Virus record (IMG/VR): IMGVR_UViG_3300030372_000610
Span: 1 to 27,823 of that record
Length of the DNA: 27,823 nucleotides
Source: a virus
Taxonomy: Duplodnaviria > Caudoviricetes
Strand: one strand, 5' to 3'
The translations under genes and the position numbers were made by a program. Positions 15,163 through 25,202 of the stretch are shown here, piece by piece (the first letter of the stretch is position 1; the number at the start of each line of letters is the position of its first letter). A model generated the notes under the pieces. It was given only the letters and a program-made list of their open reading frames with translations, ran no database searches and was not told the origin of the DNA.

Positions 15163-17129
15163 TGGCTTTAGTAATAAAGGACAGAGTTAAAGAAACCACA
15201 ACTACCACAGGCACTGGAACATATACGTTAGCTGGTGCAGTAAGTGGTTTTGAAACATTTACTGCTAACCTTAGTAATTCTGATACAACGTATTATGTTT
15301 GCACAGACAATACTGACTTTGAGGTTGGATTAGGTACTTTTACATCTTCTGGAACTACATTAGCTCGAACAACTATATTAGCTAGTTCTAATTCAAACAA
15401 TGAAGTAAACTGGTCATCTGGTACAAGAAGTATATTTATGACTTATCCTGCTGATAAGGCAGTGTTTGAAGATGCAGATGGTCATGTGTCCATACCACAT
15501 GACTTATTTATTGCAGGTGGTTTGATTGATCTTAAAAATGATGGTGGTGCTGTATCAAAAATTAAGTTTTATTGTGAAAACTCAAATCAACACGCACAAA
15601 CACTTCAAGGTGCAGCACACTCAGAAGCTGCTTCCAATACTTTAACATTACCGAGTGCTGGTGATTTAATTTCAACCACTTCAACTTCCACATTAACAAA
15701 TAAAACAATAGATGTAGATAGTAATACTATATCTAATATTGAAGTAGATAATTTTAAAGCATCTGCAATTGTTTTAGAATCTGAAGGTATTGGTTCTAAT
15801 GACAACGATACAAGCCTTCCAACATCTGCTGCAGTAAAAGATTATGTTGATACACAAATTACGGCTGAAGATTTAGATGTAATAACAGACAGTGGCACAA
15901 TAGCTATTGATCTTGATAGTGAAACATTAACAGTTGAAGGTGGTGAAGGTATAGATACTTCAGCAACAAGTAACACCATAACTATTGCAGGTGAAGATGC
16001 TACAACTTCTAATAAAGGTATAGCTTCATTTTCTTCTAGCGATTTTAGTGTTTCTTCTGGTGCTGTTACTATAAAATCGAGTGGAGTTTCTAATACTCAA
16101 CTTGCAGGGTCTATAACAAACGCCAAGTTGTCTAACTCTTCATTTTCATTAACTGATGGAAGTACAACACAATCTGTAGCTTTAGGAGATACTTTAACAG
16201 TAACTTCTGGAGAAGGTATTGATGCTGCAGTTTCAGCAACAGATACATTAACTATTGCAGGTGAAGATGCTACTACATCAAACAAAGGAATTGCATCATT
16301 TTCTTCTAGCGATTTCAGTGTTTCATCTGGTGCTGTAACCATAAAATCGAGTGGTGTTAGTAACACACAACTTGCTGGGTCTATAGCAAACGCTAAATTA
16401 GCGAACTCTTCTATTACAGTTTCTGACGGATCAAATACTACAGATATTGCATTAGGTGGCACTGCAACTTTTGCAGCAGGTGAGGGTTTAGATGTTGCTG
16501 AAAGTTCTGGTACAGTTACATTTAGTGGTGAAGATGCAACTACATCTAACAAGGGTGTAGCATCATTCTCTTCTGATGATTTCAGTGTTTCTTCTGGTGC
16601 TGTTACTATAAAATCAAGTGGTGTCAGTAATACGCAACTTGCAGGTAGTATAGCCGACAGTAAACTTAATCAAATAACTACAGCAGGTAAAGTCGCTCTA
16701 GGTGCATTAGAAATAGATGGTGCAAGTGATATTGGTGCAGATTTAGCAGATGCTGATTTAATTATTGTTGATGATGGTGCAGGTGGAACAGAAGTAAAAT
16801 CTGAATTAACAAGAGTTAAAAAATATATTTATTCTGCAATGTCAGGTGATGCAACTGCAAGTGATGCAGGAGCAGTAACAATAGCAAATGGTGCTGTAGA
16901 AACTGCAATGTTAGCTGATGATGCAGTTGATGCAGATAAGTTAGCGTCAAACGCTGTAGTTAATGCAAGTGTAGCATCAGGTGCAGCTATTGATGCAACT
17001 AAAATACACGATGGTTCAATATCAAATACAGAGTTTGGGTATTTAGATGGAGTATCATCTAATATACAAACACAGCTAGATGCAGGAACATCAAAAGGGT
17101 TCGCTACTGCTATGGCGATTGCCTTGTGA
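15162..17129 (+). CDS. Tail fibre protein with internal repeats
   Basis: [19 protein letters not shown] anchor, [18 protein letters not shown], three 90-aa repeats, and [14 protein letters not shown]...AMAIAL end. Confidence 0.8.
   Translation: MALVIKDRVKETTTTTGTGTYTLAGAVSGFETFTANLSNSDTTYYVCTDNTDFEVGLGTFTSSGTTLARTTILASSNSNNEVNWSSGTRSIFMTYPADKAVFEDADGHVSIPHDLFIAGGLIDLKNDGGAVSKIKFYCENSNQHAQTLQGAAHSEAASNTLTLPSAGDLISTTSTSTLTNKTIDVDSNTISNIEVDNFKASAIVLESEGIGSNDNDTSLPTSAAVKDYVDTQITAEDLDVITDSGTIAIDLDSETLTVEGGEGIDTSATSNTITIAGEDATTSNKGIASFSSSDFSVSSGAVTIKSSGVSNTQLAGSITNAKLSNSSFSLTDGSTTQSVALGDTLTVTSGEGIDAAVSATDTLTIAGEDATTSNKGIASFSSSDFSVSSGAVTIKSSGVSNTQLAGSIANAKLANSSITVSDGSNTTDIALGGTATFAAGEGLDVAESSGTVTFSGEDATTSNKGVASFSSDDFSVSSGAVTIKSSGVSNTQLAGSIADSKLNQITTAGKVALGALEIDGASDIGADLADADLIIVDDGAGGTEVKSELTRVKKYIYSAMSGDATASDAGAVTIANGAVETAMLADDAVDADKLASNAVVNASVASGAAIDATKIHDGSISNTEFGYLDGVSSNIQTQLDAGTSKGFATAMAIAL
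15981..16668 (+). repeat. Three intragenic repeats with a 270-nt period
   Basis: [40 protein letters not shown] in units starting at ~15981, 16251 and 16521. Confidence 0.9.
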
Positions 17130-17142
17130 ATAGGAGAATATA

Positions 17143-17478
17143 ATGGCACAAGATTTTGAACGGCAACTAACTAAAGATATAGATGCTTCGTTAGTAGATA
17201 TAAGGGATCAGGCAAATAGTGACGATGCAATAGTTGGCATACGATTAGCCAACACGTCAACTTCTACGATAACGGCTGACGTAGCTGTAACAGATAGTTC
17301 AAATAATGTTACAGCTTACTTAATTAAAAATGCACCAATCCCTGCAGGTTCATCATTAGAACTTATAGATGGTGGTGCAAAGATAGTTTTGCAATCAGGC
17401 GATAAGTTAAGAGCAAAATCAGATGCAACAAACTCTATGGATGTTGTTGTGTCAGCAGTAGATGCGATTAGTACATAG
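17143..17478 (+). CDS. Small tail structural protein (paralogue of 25202..25528)
   Basis: AGGAG SD. IP.GSSLELI.G.KIVL..GD.L motif. Confidence 0.75.
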   Translation: MAQDFERQLTKDIDASLVDIRDQANSDDAIVGIRLANTSTSTITADVAVTDSSNNVTAYLIKNAPIPAGSSLELIDGGAKIVLQSGDKLRAKSDATNSMDVVVSAVDAIST

Positions 17479-17486
17479 GTGATAGA

Positions 17487-18086
17487 ATGGGGTATGTAGG
17501 AGCAGTAATAACACAAAATGTAGTTGATACAGCAGACATAGCTGATGGATCAATCACAACAGCTAAACTTGCTACAAACGCAGTTAGAGATGAAATGCCA
17601 TCTGGTTCTGTATTACAAGTGCAAACAGCTACAACTAATACACAACAAGCAATAACAAGTAATACTACTTTTGCAGATATAACTGGATTAACAGTTAACA
17701 TTACACCAATAGCAACAAGTAATAAAATAATTGTTATGGGAAAAGTGTTTTTAGGAGGTGGTACTAATCCTAATGGTGGACTAGCTGTTCATAGATCAGA
17801 AACAAGTGGTGGTGGTAATGCTGCTTATGTTGGCATTACAGATGGTGGAGATAGTGACTACCAAAGAGCTAATGCCTTTTGGAATTCTGATGATTTTGTA
17901 GGTGCTTCAACTCTATATGGTATTCCTTTTGTTTTAGAAGACACAGCACCCTCTACAAATCAATTAACGTATAAATTACAATTTGGTTCTAGTACGGCTT
18001 CTAATGTGTATATAAATTATCCCTCTGCTGGAACAGCCTCTGGAAGAGGAAAACATAGCATAACAGTAATGGAAATAAAAGCATAA
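17487..18086 (+). CDS. Short fibre/adhesin-like protein
   Basis: MGYVG start, IADGSITTAKLA stalk, then a GSVLQV...ITP..TSNKI...TYKLQ...SITVMEI head domain. Confidence 0.7.
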   Translation: MGYVGAVITQNVVDTADIADGSITTAKLATNAVRDEMPSGSVLQVQTATTNTQQAITSNTTFADITGLTVNITPIATSNKIIVMGKVFLGGGTNPNGGLAVHRSETSGGGNAAYVGITDGGDSDYQRANAFWNSDDFVGASTLYGIPFVLEDTAPSTNQLTYKLQFGSSTASNVYINYPSAGTASGRGKHSITVMEIKA

Positions 18087-18928
18087 TGGGTTACATTGGT
18101 AAAAGTTCAGATGGATTTGGGATAAGAGAAAGGTATCGTTATTCTGCTAGTGGTAGTCAAACTGCATTTACTGGTAGTGATCTTGATAGTAAAACACTTC
18201 AAATAGATAGTGGTTCACTTGTAGACGTATATCTTAATGGTGTTCTTTTAGACACGGCAGATTATAATACGAGTACAGCCAATACAGTTACATTATCTAG
18301 TGGTGCTACAGCTTCTGATGAAGTGATGATTATAGTCTATGATGTTTTTGCTTTATCTGATGCTATGCCAAAAACAGGTGGTGCGTTTACAGGAAATGTA
18401 ACTGGTGCTGGTATAGATCATCTTCTTTCAGCAACCATAAGTAGTGCTGTTTCTGCCTATGATATAGATTCTACATACATCAATTCAACCTATAATAATT
18501 ATTTAATACAAGCAGAGTTTCTTCCAGCAACTGATGGTGTTTCTGTACAATTCCGAGTATTTGTAGGTGGAACAGTTCAAACTGGCTCAATACATGGAAG
18601 AGAAACAGCTATTTTAAGTTCAAGTTCTTATTTAAATAATAACTCTTCCAGCAATTTTGGTATTCCTGCTTATTCTGTACTTGGTAATGCTACAGGAGAA
18701 GGAATTACTATTAATGCAACTTTACAAAATGTAAATAACACAGCAAGATCATGTTGTATTACTGGTATGTCAAATGCTTTTTCTACTAGTGGTACTCATA
18801 TGTCTAATGCTTTTGGTAGTAGTTTAATAGTAGCCAATGCTGCTAATGTTGTTAATGGATTTAGATTTTATTGTAGCAGTGGAGACATTGCATCAGGAAC
18901 AGTTAAACTTTATGGGTTTAAAGACTAA
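18086..18928 (+). CDS. Fibre/adhesin-like protein
   Basis: MGYIG start, VDVYLNGVLL anchor domain, GGAFTGNV linker, and a C-terminal beta domain ending SGTVKLYG. Confidence 0.7.
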   Translation: MGYIGKSSDGFGIRERYRYSASGSQTAFTGSDLDSKTLQIDSGSLVDVYLNGVLLDTADYNTSTANTVTLSSGATASDEVMIIVYDVFALSDAMPKTGGAFTGNVTGAGIDHLLSATISSAVSAYDIDSTYINSTYNNYLIQAEFLPATDGVSVQFRVFVGGTVQTGSIHGRETAILSSSSYLNNNSSSNFGIPAYSVLGNATGEGITINATLQNVNNTARSCCITGMSNAFSTSGTHMSNAFGSSLIVANAANVVNGFRFYCSSGDIASGTVKLYGFKD

Positions 18929-19209
18929 TGAAAAAAATGGTTAATAACTTAATAGTAGAAATGACTTCAGACGAAGTTAAAGCAAGAGAAGCTGAAGAAA
19001 AGACTTGGGCTGATGGTGCTACTGAGCGTAAAAAAAATGAGTTAAGAGATACTAGAAAACCATTATTAGAAGAAGCAGACTATAAAATAAATATACTTAC
19101 AGATAGTGGTGGTGATGCAACTGCATGGCGAAAATACAGACAAGAGCTTAGAGACATTACTAAGGCATCTGACTTGGATAACGTAACTTTTCCAACGAAA
19201 CCAAGTTAA
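18928..19209 (+). CDS. Tail fibre assembly chaperone-like protein
   Basis: LR..R..LL.E.D...W..YRQELRDIT...FPTKP motif. Confidence 0.75.
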   Translation: MKKMVNNLIVEMTSDEVKAREAEEKTWADGATERKKNELRDTRKPLLEEADYKINILTDSGGDATAWRKYRQELRDITKASDLDNVTFPTKPS

Positions 19210-19219
19210 GGAATAAGAT

Positions 19220-19732
19220 ATGGGTAACGCAAGAAATTTAGCAAATCTTTTAGGAACTAAAGCCAGACCTACTGGTTCTGTTATTCAAGTCGTGCAAGAC
19301 GTAAAGTTAGATACATTTACAACGTCAAGCACTTCATTTGTAGATGTTACAGGTTTATCTGTAGACATTACTCCTTCATCAACCTCAAACAAGGTTTTAG
19401 TATTGGTTCATTGTCCGATTACAATGGGAGATGCAGGAGGTGGTATGACCCTTGTAAGAGATTCAACTGAAATATTTAGAGCAAATGCTGGTGGTAGTAG
19501 ACAAAGATTTACTGCAACAGGAATGTATGGCATAGATGAATCTCAATATAGTGGAGGAACAGGAACAGCCGTATTTTTAGATTCACCAAGTTCTACCTCT
19601 TCATTAACATATAAAGTTCAAGTAAAAATTAGAGCAACGACATTATATGTAGGAAGAACTGTTTATGATACAGACAATGACAATGCTTCAAGACACGCAT
19701 CATCAATTACAGTAATGGAGATAGCAGGATGA
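19220..19732 (+). CDS. Adhesin-like protein (paralogue of the 17487..18086 head domain)
   Basis: ARNLANLL start; GSVIQV...ITPSSTSNKV...DSPSSTS.LTYKVQ...SITVMEIA. Confidence 0.7.
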   Translation: MGNARNLANLLGTKARPTGSVIQVVQDVKLDTFTTSSTSFVDVTGLSVDITPSSTSNKVLVLVHCPITMGDAGGGMTLVRDSTEIFRANAGGSRQRFTATGMYGIDESQYSGGTGTAVFLDSPSSTSSLTYKVQVKIRATTLYVGRTVYDTDNDNASRHASSITVMEIAG

Positions 19733-20025
19733 CAGATATTTTAAATTCAATTTTAGCAATAAAATCAGATGCACATGTGAGCGTTAACAATGAAGACATA
19801 AATCAAATAACTTGGCACGATGGTAATCCAACTAGTATAACAACAAAACAAATTACAGACAAACAAGCAGAACTTCAGACTATTTACGATAATAACAAAT
19901 ATCAAAGAGATAGAGAAGTGGCTTATCCGTCTATCAAAGATCAGTTAGATGATTTATACCACAATGGAATTGATGGTTGGAAAACAACTATTAAGGCAGT
20001 AAAAGATAAATATCCTAAAGGTTAA
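19729..20025 (+). CDS. Putative fibre-associated chaperone
   Basis: YQRDR..AYPSI.DQLD.LYH...W...I.AVK.KYPK; ATGA-coupled to the adhesin gene. Confidence 0.65.
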   Translation: MTDILNSILAIKSDAHVSVNNEDINQITWHDGNPTSITTKQITDKQAELQTIYDNNKYQRDREVAYPSIKDQLDDLYHNGIDGWKTTIKAVKDKYPKG

Positions 20026-20027
20026 TT

Positions 20028-20498
20028 ATGTTAGGCTTTAGCTCATTATCAGAAAACCCTATTAGTAGTGTTAATAAGGTACTAGAGCTTTCAGCATCAA
20101 TGACAGGGTTAGCCGTATCGTCTTCTGCTGCTGCTGGTACGCTTGTTGGTACAAGTACGATGTCTTCGTCAGCTATACAGACAACAGTTGGAGTCCGAAC
20201 ACTTGTTCATAGTGCAAGTCTTGAGTCAACATCTGTAGCATCCTCTGCTGCTGTTTTTGTGAAAACATTAGAAGCAGATTTAATATCTTCAACTGTGCAG
20301 ACAACAACAGGTGTTCGTACATTGGTTGGCACTTCAACACAAGATTTTAATTTAACACAGACAGCTATTGGTGAATTATTATTTACAGAGATTGATCCAA
20401 GTGTTACTGTGACTTACACAGAGATTACACCAAGTGTGACGGCTACTTACACAGAGATTACACATACTGGTGACACATGGACAGAGATTACACCATAG
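20028..20498 (+). CDS. S/T-rich tail structural protein with C-terminal TEI repeats
   Basis: MLGFSSLSE.P.S start, QTT.GVRTLV twice, TEI four times. Confidence 0.7.
   Translation: MLGFSSLSENPISSVNKVLELSASMTGLAVSSSAAAGTLVGTSTMSSSAIQTTVGVRTLVHSASLESTSVASSAAVFVKTLEADLISSTVQTTTGVRTLVGTSTQDFNLTQTAIGELLFTEIDPSVTVTYTEITPSVTATYTEITHTGDTWTEITP
20385..20495 (+). repeat. Four 30-33-nt tandem repeats beginning ACAGAGATT
   Basis: Units at 20385, 20418, 20451 and 20481. Confidence 0.85.
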
Positions 20499-20507
20499 GA
20501 GTATTAG

Positions 20508-22142
20508 ATGGGAAGTGCTTATACAGATAATAACAAGTTTGAAAAAATAGGAACGGGAGAACAGGCAGGAACCTGGGGAACCACGACTAATTTAAACTTT
20601 GATATGATAGATAGAGCAATTAACGGGGTTACAAGTATCGGTTTAACTGGAACTAGCAGTAGTATAACAACTTCTGATGGCACATTGACAGATGGTCTTT
20701 TTAAAGTTTTACAATTTACTGGTTCTTTAAGTGCTGGTCACACAGTAACTATTGCTCCAAACAGTGTTAAAAAATTATATTTTGTAAATAATACTTCTGG
20801 AAATACTTTAACATTTATTCAAGGCACGGGTGGAACTGTTGATAATGGTCGTGCTGTTGCAATTGAAAACAATAAAACTGGAATTATATTTTGTGATGGA
20901 ACTGGAGATAATTCTACTGCAAAAGTAACAAAAATAGAAACTGGTTCAGATGAGTTTACAACAGATGTAACCATCAAAACAGATGATGGTGCATTGTTAA
21001 CTTTACAAACATCTGATACGACCATTACAGATGGTGATGTTCTTGGAGCGTTACAGTTTCGAGCACCAAGTGAAGGCAGTGGCACAGATGCTATCGCAGT
21101 TGCTGGAGCTATTGTTGCTGAAGCTGATGCTACTTTTACAGATGAGATTGCTTCTACAGATTTGGTTTTTAAAGTAGGAACCGCAGTTGCTAGTGACAAT
21201 GCTGCTGTAGAGAAAATGCGATTAACCCATGAAGGTGATCTTGAAGTGAAAGCAGCAGATGGTGCAATACTTAAACTACAAACTACTTCGACTGATGTTA
21301 CAGATGGAAACGTCTTAGGTGCAGTAGAATTTAATGCTCCACTTGAAGCAGGTGGAACTGATGCTATAACTACAGCTGCATCTATCGTAGCTGAAGCAGA
21401 TGATACTTTTGCGGCAGATAACAATGAAACTGATTTAGTATTTAAATTAGGAGTTTCTGAAGCTGCAACAGAAAAAATGAGACTTACACATGAAGGTGAT
21501 TTAAATCTTGTCACAGATAATAAATCAATTAACTTTGGTGCAGATAGTGAAATAACATTAACTCATGTAGCAGATACAGGCTTAACATTAACACATACTG
21601 CTACTGGTGCTGGAACACCTGTTGTCTTAAATCTTAAATCTGAAGAGGATGCAATTGCTGATGGTGATGTAATTGGTAAAATTACTTTTACGGCTGGTGA
21701 TAGTGATGGAACGGATGCGATAGCTACAGCCGCATCAATTGAAGCAGAAGCTGATAATACCTTTGCCGCAGATAATAATCAAACTGATTTAGTGTTTAAG
21801 CTAGGCAGTTCTGAAGCTGCAACAGAAAAAATGCGATTAACTCATGAGGGAGCTTTAGTAGTGACTGGTGACGTTACAGCTTTTTCAGATGAAAGATTAA
21901 AGTCTGACGTTAAAACAATAGATAACGCTTTAGACAAAGTTATGAATATGCGTGGTGTGTCTTACACCAAACAAGCTGAAAAAGGTGTTGGTGTAGTTGC
22001 TCAAGAGATAGAAAAAGTTTTACCAGAAGTTGTAACAGATGGTGAATATAAGTCTGTTGCATACGGAAACATAGTTGGCGTTTTAATTGAAGCAATCAAA
22101 GAACAGCAAAAACAAATTGATGAGTTAAAGAAAGATAAGTAA
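20508..22142 (+). CDS. Tail fibre with C-terminal intramolecular chaperone (peptidase S74)
   Basis: GEQAGTWGTTTN anchor, three repeats ending EKMRLTHEG, then SDERLK...ALDKV...RGV...GVVAQE...LPEVV...SVAYGNIVGVLIEAIKE. Confidence 0.9.
   Translation: MGSAYTDNNKFEKIGTGEQAGTWGTTTNLNFDMIDRAINGVTSIGLTGTSSSITTSDGTLTDGLFKVLQFTGSLSAGHTVTIAPNSVKKLYFVNNTSGNTLTFIQGTGGTVDNGRAVAIENNKTGIIFCDGTGDNSTAKVTKIETGSDEFTTDVTIKTDDGALLTLQTSDTTITDGDVLGALQFRAPSEGSGTDAIAVAGAIVAEADATFTDEIASTDLVFKVGTAVASDNAAVEKMRLTHEGDLEVKAADGAILKLQTTSTDVTDGNVLGAVEFNAPLEAGGTDAITTAASIVAEADDTFAADNNETDLVFKLGVSEAATEKMRLTHEGDLNLVTDNKSINFGADSEITLTHVADTGLTLTHTATGAGTPVVLNLKSEEDAIADGDVIGKITFTAGDSDGTDAIATAASIEAEADNTFAADNNQTDLVFKLGSSEAATEKMRLTHEGALVVTGDVTAFSDERLKSDVKTIDNALDKVMNMRGVSYTKQAEKGVGVVAQEIEKVLPEVVTDGEYKSVAYGNIVGVLIEAIKEQQKQIDELKKDK
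20985..21856 (+). repeat. Three ~80-90-aa intragenic repeats
   Basis: DG.V.G...F.A...GTDAI..A..I.AEAD.TF...TDLVFK.G...AA.EKMRLTHEG three times. Confidence 0.85.
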
Positions 22143-22144
22143 AT

Positions 22145-22846
22145 ATGGCTCTAACAGGTAGTGGCACTATAAGTATGAGTGATATGCGAACTGAGTTTGG
22201 CATATCTGGTGCTATATCAATGAGTGACTTATATAGAGGTGGTAGTGAAGTTCCTGCAAATGCTACTGTAACTGGAAGTGTTGCCAGTACTGAAACGACA
22301 GCAACTACTACTAGTTTTGATGGATCTTTATCTGGACAAGGGTCAGGTCATTATGCTTCACAAGCTCTCTTATCATCAGCCATGACTGTTGGAGGCAATG
22401 GAGATGCTGCAGCTAGTGGAAATATTGTATATTCAGGTAGCGGAATAAACGGAGATGGGGATAACGCTGCTCTTGTCACAGTTACATCAGGTGGTGTAAA
22501 AGTAGTGTCGGCAGATGCAAGTGGTTTAGGTTCAGGAGGTACTATTTCAAGTGGAACAGTTTATAAAACTGTTTCTGGAACTACAACTTCAGCATCTACA
22601 ACTGCCGCAACTCATGTTACAACAATAACAAGTGGAACATCTTTAGATATTCCTTCAGACGTAACATCTTTTAAATTTATAAACCATATAACAGTTTTTA
22701 AAAAAGCTGATGGTAGTGGTGATGGCAGTGTTACTGCAAATATAGGTGGTGGTTCTGGTAGTTATACATCTACTGGTGCTGTAAATACAAATGTTCCTGC
22801 ATCAGGCACTATAGCTTTTTCTGATTTGTATGGAGCTATTGCATAA
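22145..22846 (+). CDS. G/S/T-rich fibre-tip/adhesin-like protein
   Basis: SGTISMSD...GAISMSDLY at the N-terminus and SGTIAFSDLY at the C-terminus; follows the S74 fibre. Confidence 0.6.
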   Translation: MALTGSGTISMSDMRTEFGISGAISMSDLYRGGSEVPANATVTGSVASTETTATTTSFDGSLSGQGSGHYASQALLSSAMTVGGNGDAAASGNIVYSGSGINGDGDNAALVTVTSGGVKVVSADASGLGSGGTISSGTVYKTVSGTTTSASTTAATHVTTITSGTSLDIPSDVTSFKFINHITVFKKADGSGDGSVTANIGGGSGSYTSTGAVNTNVPASGTIAFSDLYGAIA

Positions 22847-24978
22847 TGCCATTAACCAAATTACAGTTTCGTCCAGGTATAAATACAGACATTACATCCT
22901 ACAGTAATGAAGGTGGGTGGACGGATTGCGATAAAATCCGTTTTAAATTAGGATATCCAGAAAAGATAGGTGGATGGTCTAAACTAACTGATAGTACATA
23001 TTTAGGTACGGCTAGACGTTTACATAACTGGACTGCGTTAGATGGTTCTGACTTTTTAGGCGTAGGAACACATTTAAAATACTACATAGAAGAAGGTGGA
23101 TCTTTCAACGATATAACACCTATCCGAAACTCTACGACAAACTCTACGACATTCGCAGCTACAAATGATTCTGCAAATATAACTGTTACAGAAACTAGTC
23201 ATGGTGCAGCAGAAAATGATTTTGTTACATTTAGCAGTGCTGTTAGTTTAGGTGGTTTAGTTACAGCAGCCATACTTAATGCTGAACATAAAATAGTAAA
23301 TGTTATAGATGGTAACTCTTACACCATAACAGTTAGTGTAACTGCTAATTCATCTGATACTGGCAATGGTGGAAGTGCGACAGATGCTGTATATTTAGTA
23401 AGTGGAGGTCTTGACTCTCAAATTGGTGGTACTGGTTGGGGTGGTGGCTTATGGGGCGGCACGACTGCGGGTGCTTTAACAACCCAATTGAATGAGGCAC
23501 TTGATGCTAGTGAGACAGCAATTGATGTTGACAGTTCTACAGGTATTATTGCTGGTGATACAATATTAATAGAAGAAGAACTTATAACAGTAGGAACAAT
23601 TAGCAGTAATACATTAGGAACTGGTGGGGGCCCATCAACAAGAGGTGCAAGTGGTACAACTGCTGCCACTCATGCAGATGATACAACTGTTAGACTTGCT
23701 GTTGGAAATGCATCATCTGATGATGATTTTACTGGTTGGGGTATAGCAGCCGTAAGTGGCACAACTCGTGAAATACGAACATGGTCACATGACAACTTTG
23801 GAGAAGATTTAATTATTAACCCTAGAGATGGTGCAATTTACCTTTGGGATAAAACAACGGGTCTATCTACAAGAGCCGTGGAAATAGGTACAATATCTGG
23901 TGCAACAAATACACCGACTGTTGCCAAACAGGTTCTTGTAAGTGACATTGACAGGCATGTGCTTTGTTTCGGTACTAACACATATGGAACCACGGTCCAA
24001 GATCCTTTGATGATACGATGGTCTAACCAGGAGTCTGTAACAAACTGGACAATTAGCTCGGCTACAACAGCTGGAAGCATAAGGCTTGGATCTGGGTCAG
24101 AGTTTGTACAAGCTGTAGAAACAAAACGTGAGATACTCGTATACACAGATACATCATTACACTCTTTACGTTTTATTGGTGGGGATTTTGTTTTTGGTAT
24201 ACAGCAGATTGCATCAAACATCACGATCATGGGTCCAAACGCTGCTGTTGCTACAGAAGATTTTGTGTTCTGGATGGGTAAAGATAACTTTTATGTATAT
24301 GCTGGTGGTACAAAAACTCTACCTTGTACTGTCAAGGACAAAGTGTTTCTTGATTTTAATAACGAACAGAGAGACAAAGTTGTATCTGGTGTTAACTCTG
24401 AGTTTGGTGAAGTCATATGGTTGTATCCATCACAGTCTAATTCATTAGCTAATGAAGGCACAGGCGATATAGATAAATATGTCATCTATAACTACAATCA
24501 ACAAATCTGGTACTATGGAACATTAGTAAGAACAGCATGGTTAGATAAGGGTATAAGACAGTTTCCTATAGCTGCAGGATCTTCTTATCTGTACAACCAT
24601 GAGTTTGGTTTTGATGATGATGGCTCTGCCATGACATCGTTTATTGAATCTGGGCCAATGGATATAGGAGATGGAGATAAATTTACTTTGATACAGAAAG
24701 TAATACCAGACTTAACTTTTCAAGGTTCTGACTCTACCAGTTCTCCTGCGGCAACATTTACAATAAGAGCTAGAAATGAACCTGGTTTAGCGTACAGTAA
24801 CACATCTTCTGGCACAGCAACCAGAACATCTACATCTCCTGTAGAACTATTTACTAATCAAATTAATTTACGGGCAAGAGGTCGATCTTTTTCTTTAAAG
24901 GTTGATTCAAATGCTGTTGGTATGAAATGGAAATTAGGATCACCAAGGGTTAGTCTTAGACCAGATGGGAGGCGTTGA
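22846..24978 (+). CDS. Tail nozzle / DNA stabilisation protein (tail tubular B / P22 gp10-like)
   Basis: 710 aa. F.PGIN, PEKIGGW, WS.DNFGEDL, DP..IRWS.QE, N.EF.EV.W.YP, R.RGR and PDGRR; precedes the ejection genes. Confidence 0.75.
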   Translation: MPLTKLQFRPGINTDITSYSNEGGWTDCDKIRFKLGYPEKIGGWSKLTDSTYLGTARRLHNWTALDGSDFLGVGTHLKYYIEEGGSFNDITPIRNSTTNSTTFAATNDSANITVTETSHGAAENDFVTFSSAVSLGGLVTAAILNAEHKIVNVIDGNSYTITVSVTANSSDTGNGGSATDAVYLVSGGLDSQIGGTGWGGGLWGGTTAGALTTQLNEALDASETAIDVDSSTGIIAGDTILIEEELITVGTISSNTLGTGGGPSTRGASGTTAATHADDTTVRLAVGNASSDDDFTGWGIAAVSGTTREIRTWSHDNFGEDLIINPRDGAIYLWDKTTGLSTRAVEIGTISGATNTPTVAKQVLVSDIDRHVLCFGTNTYGTTVQDPLMIRWSNQESVTNWTISSATTAGSIRLGSGSEFVQAVETKREILVYTDTSLHSLRFIGGDFVFGIQQIASNITIMGPNAAVATEDFVFWMGKDNFYVYAGGTKTLPCTVKDKVFLDFNNEQRDKVVSGVNSEFGEVIWLYPSQSNSLANEGTGDIDKYVIYNYNQQIWYYGTLVRTAWLDKGIRQFPIAAGSSYLYNHEFGFDDDGSAMTSFIESGPMDIGDGDKFTLIQKVIPDLTFQGSDSTSSPAATFTIRARNEPGLAYSNTSSGTATRTSTSPVELFTNQINLRARGRSFSLKVDSNAVGMKWKLGSPRVSLRPDGRR

Positions 24979-25202
24979 TGGCAGAGTCTGATCAAGGCCC
25001 ACCACGTTTACCCGATCCACCACCACAAGATTCTCCTTTTGGATACAGTCCTGGTGCGGGTGGAGTAAATTATTCTTTTCAACAAACAATGAATACTCAA
25101 TATTTACAAGACTTAGTAAGAGCATTAGAGTTTTACATTGCACAACAACAACGTAATGAGATAGCTAATAATTCACAAACAATAAACTGGTTTTTAAGTT
25201 AA
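24978..25202 (+). CDS. Small tail-associated protein
   Basis: GGGAGG SD and TGATG overlap; PPRLP.PP...L.RALEFY...WFL. Confidence 0.7.
   Translation: MAESDQGPPRLPDPPPQDSPFGYSPGAGGVNYSFQQTMNTQYLQDLVRALEFYIAQQQRNEIANNSQTINWFLS

Noticed and set aside
20385-20495. CRISPR-like mini-array
   Set aside because: The units are in-frame coding repeats with similar, not unique, intervening sequence, and no cas genes are present.
15162-22846. Diversity-generating retroelement or invertase-based fibre switching
   Set aside because: No reverse transcriptase, recombinase, adenine-specific TR/VR pair or inverted cassettes were seen in the window.
1292-24448. Alternate-frame + strand ORFs 1292-1531, 4093-4275, 7141-7392 and 24128-24448
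   Set aside because: They lie wholly or mostly inside convincing genes and have no clear SD or protein-like features.
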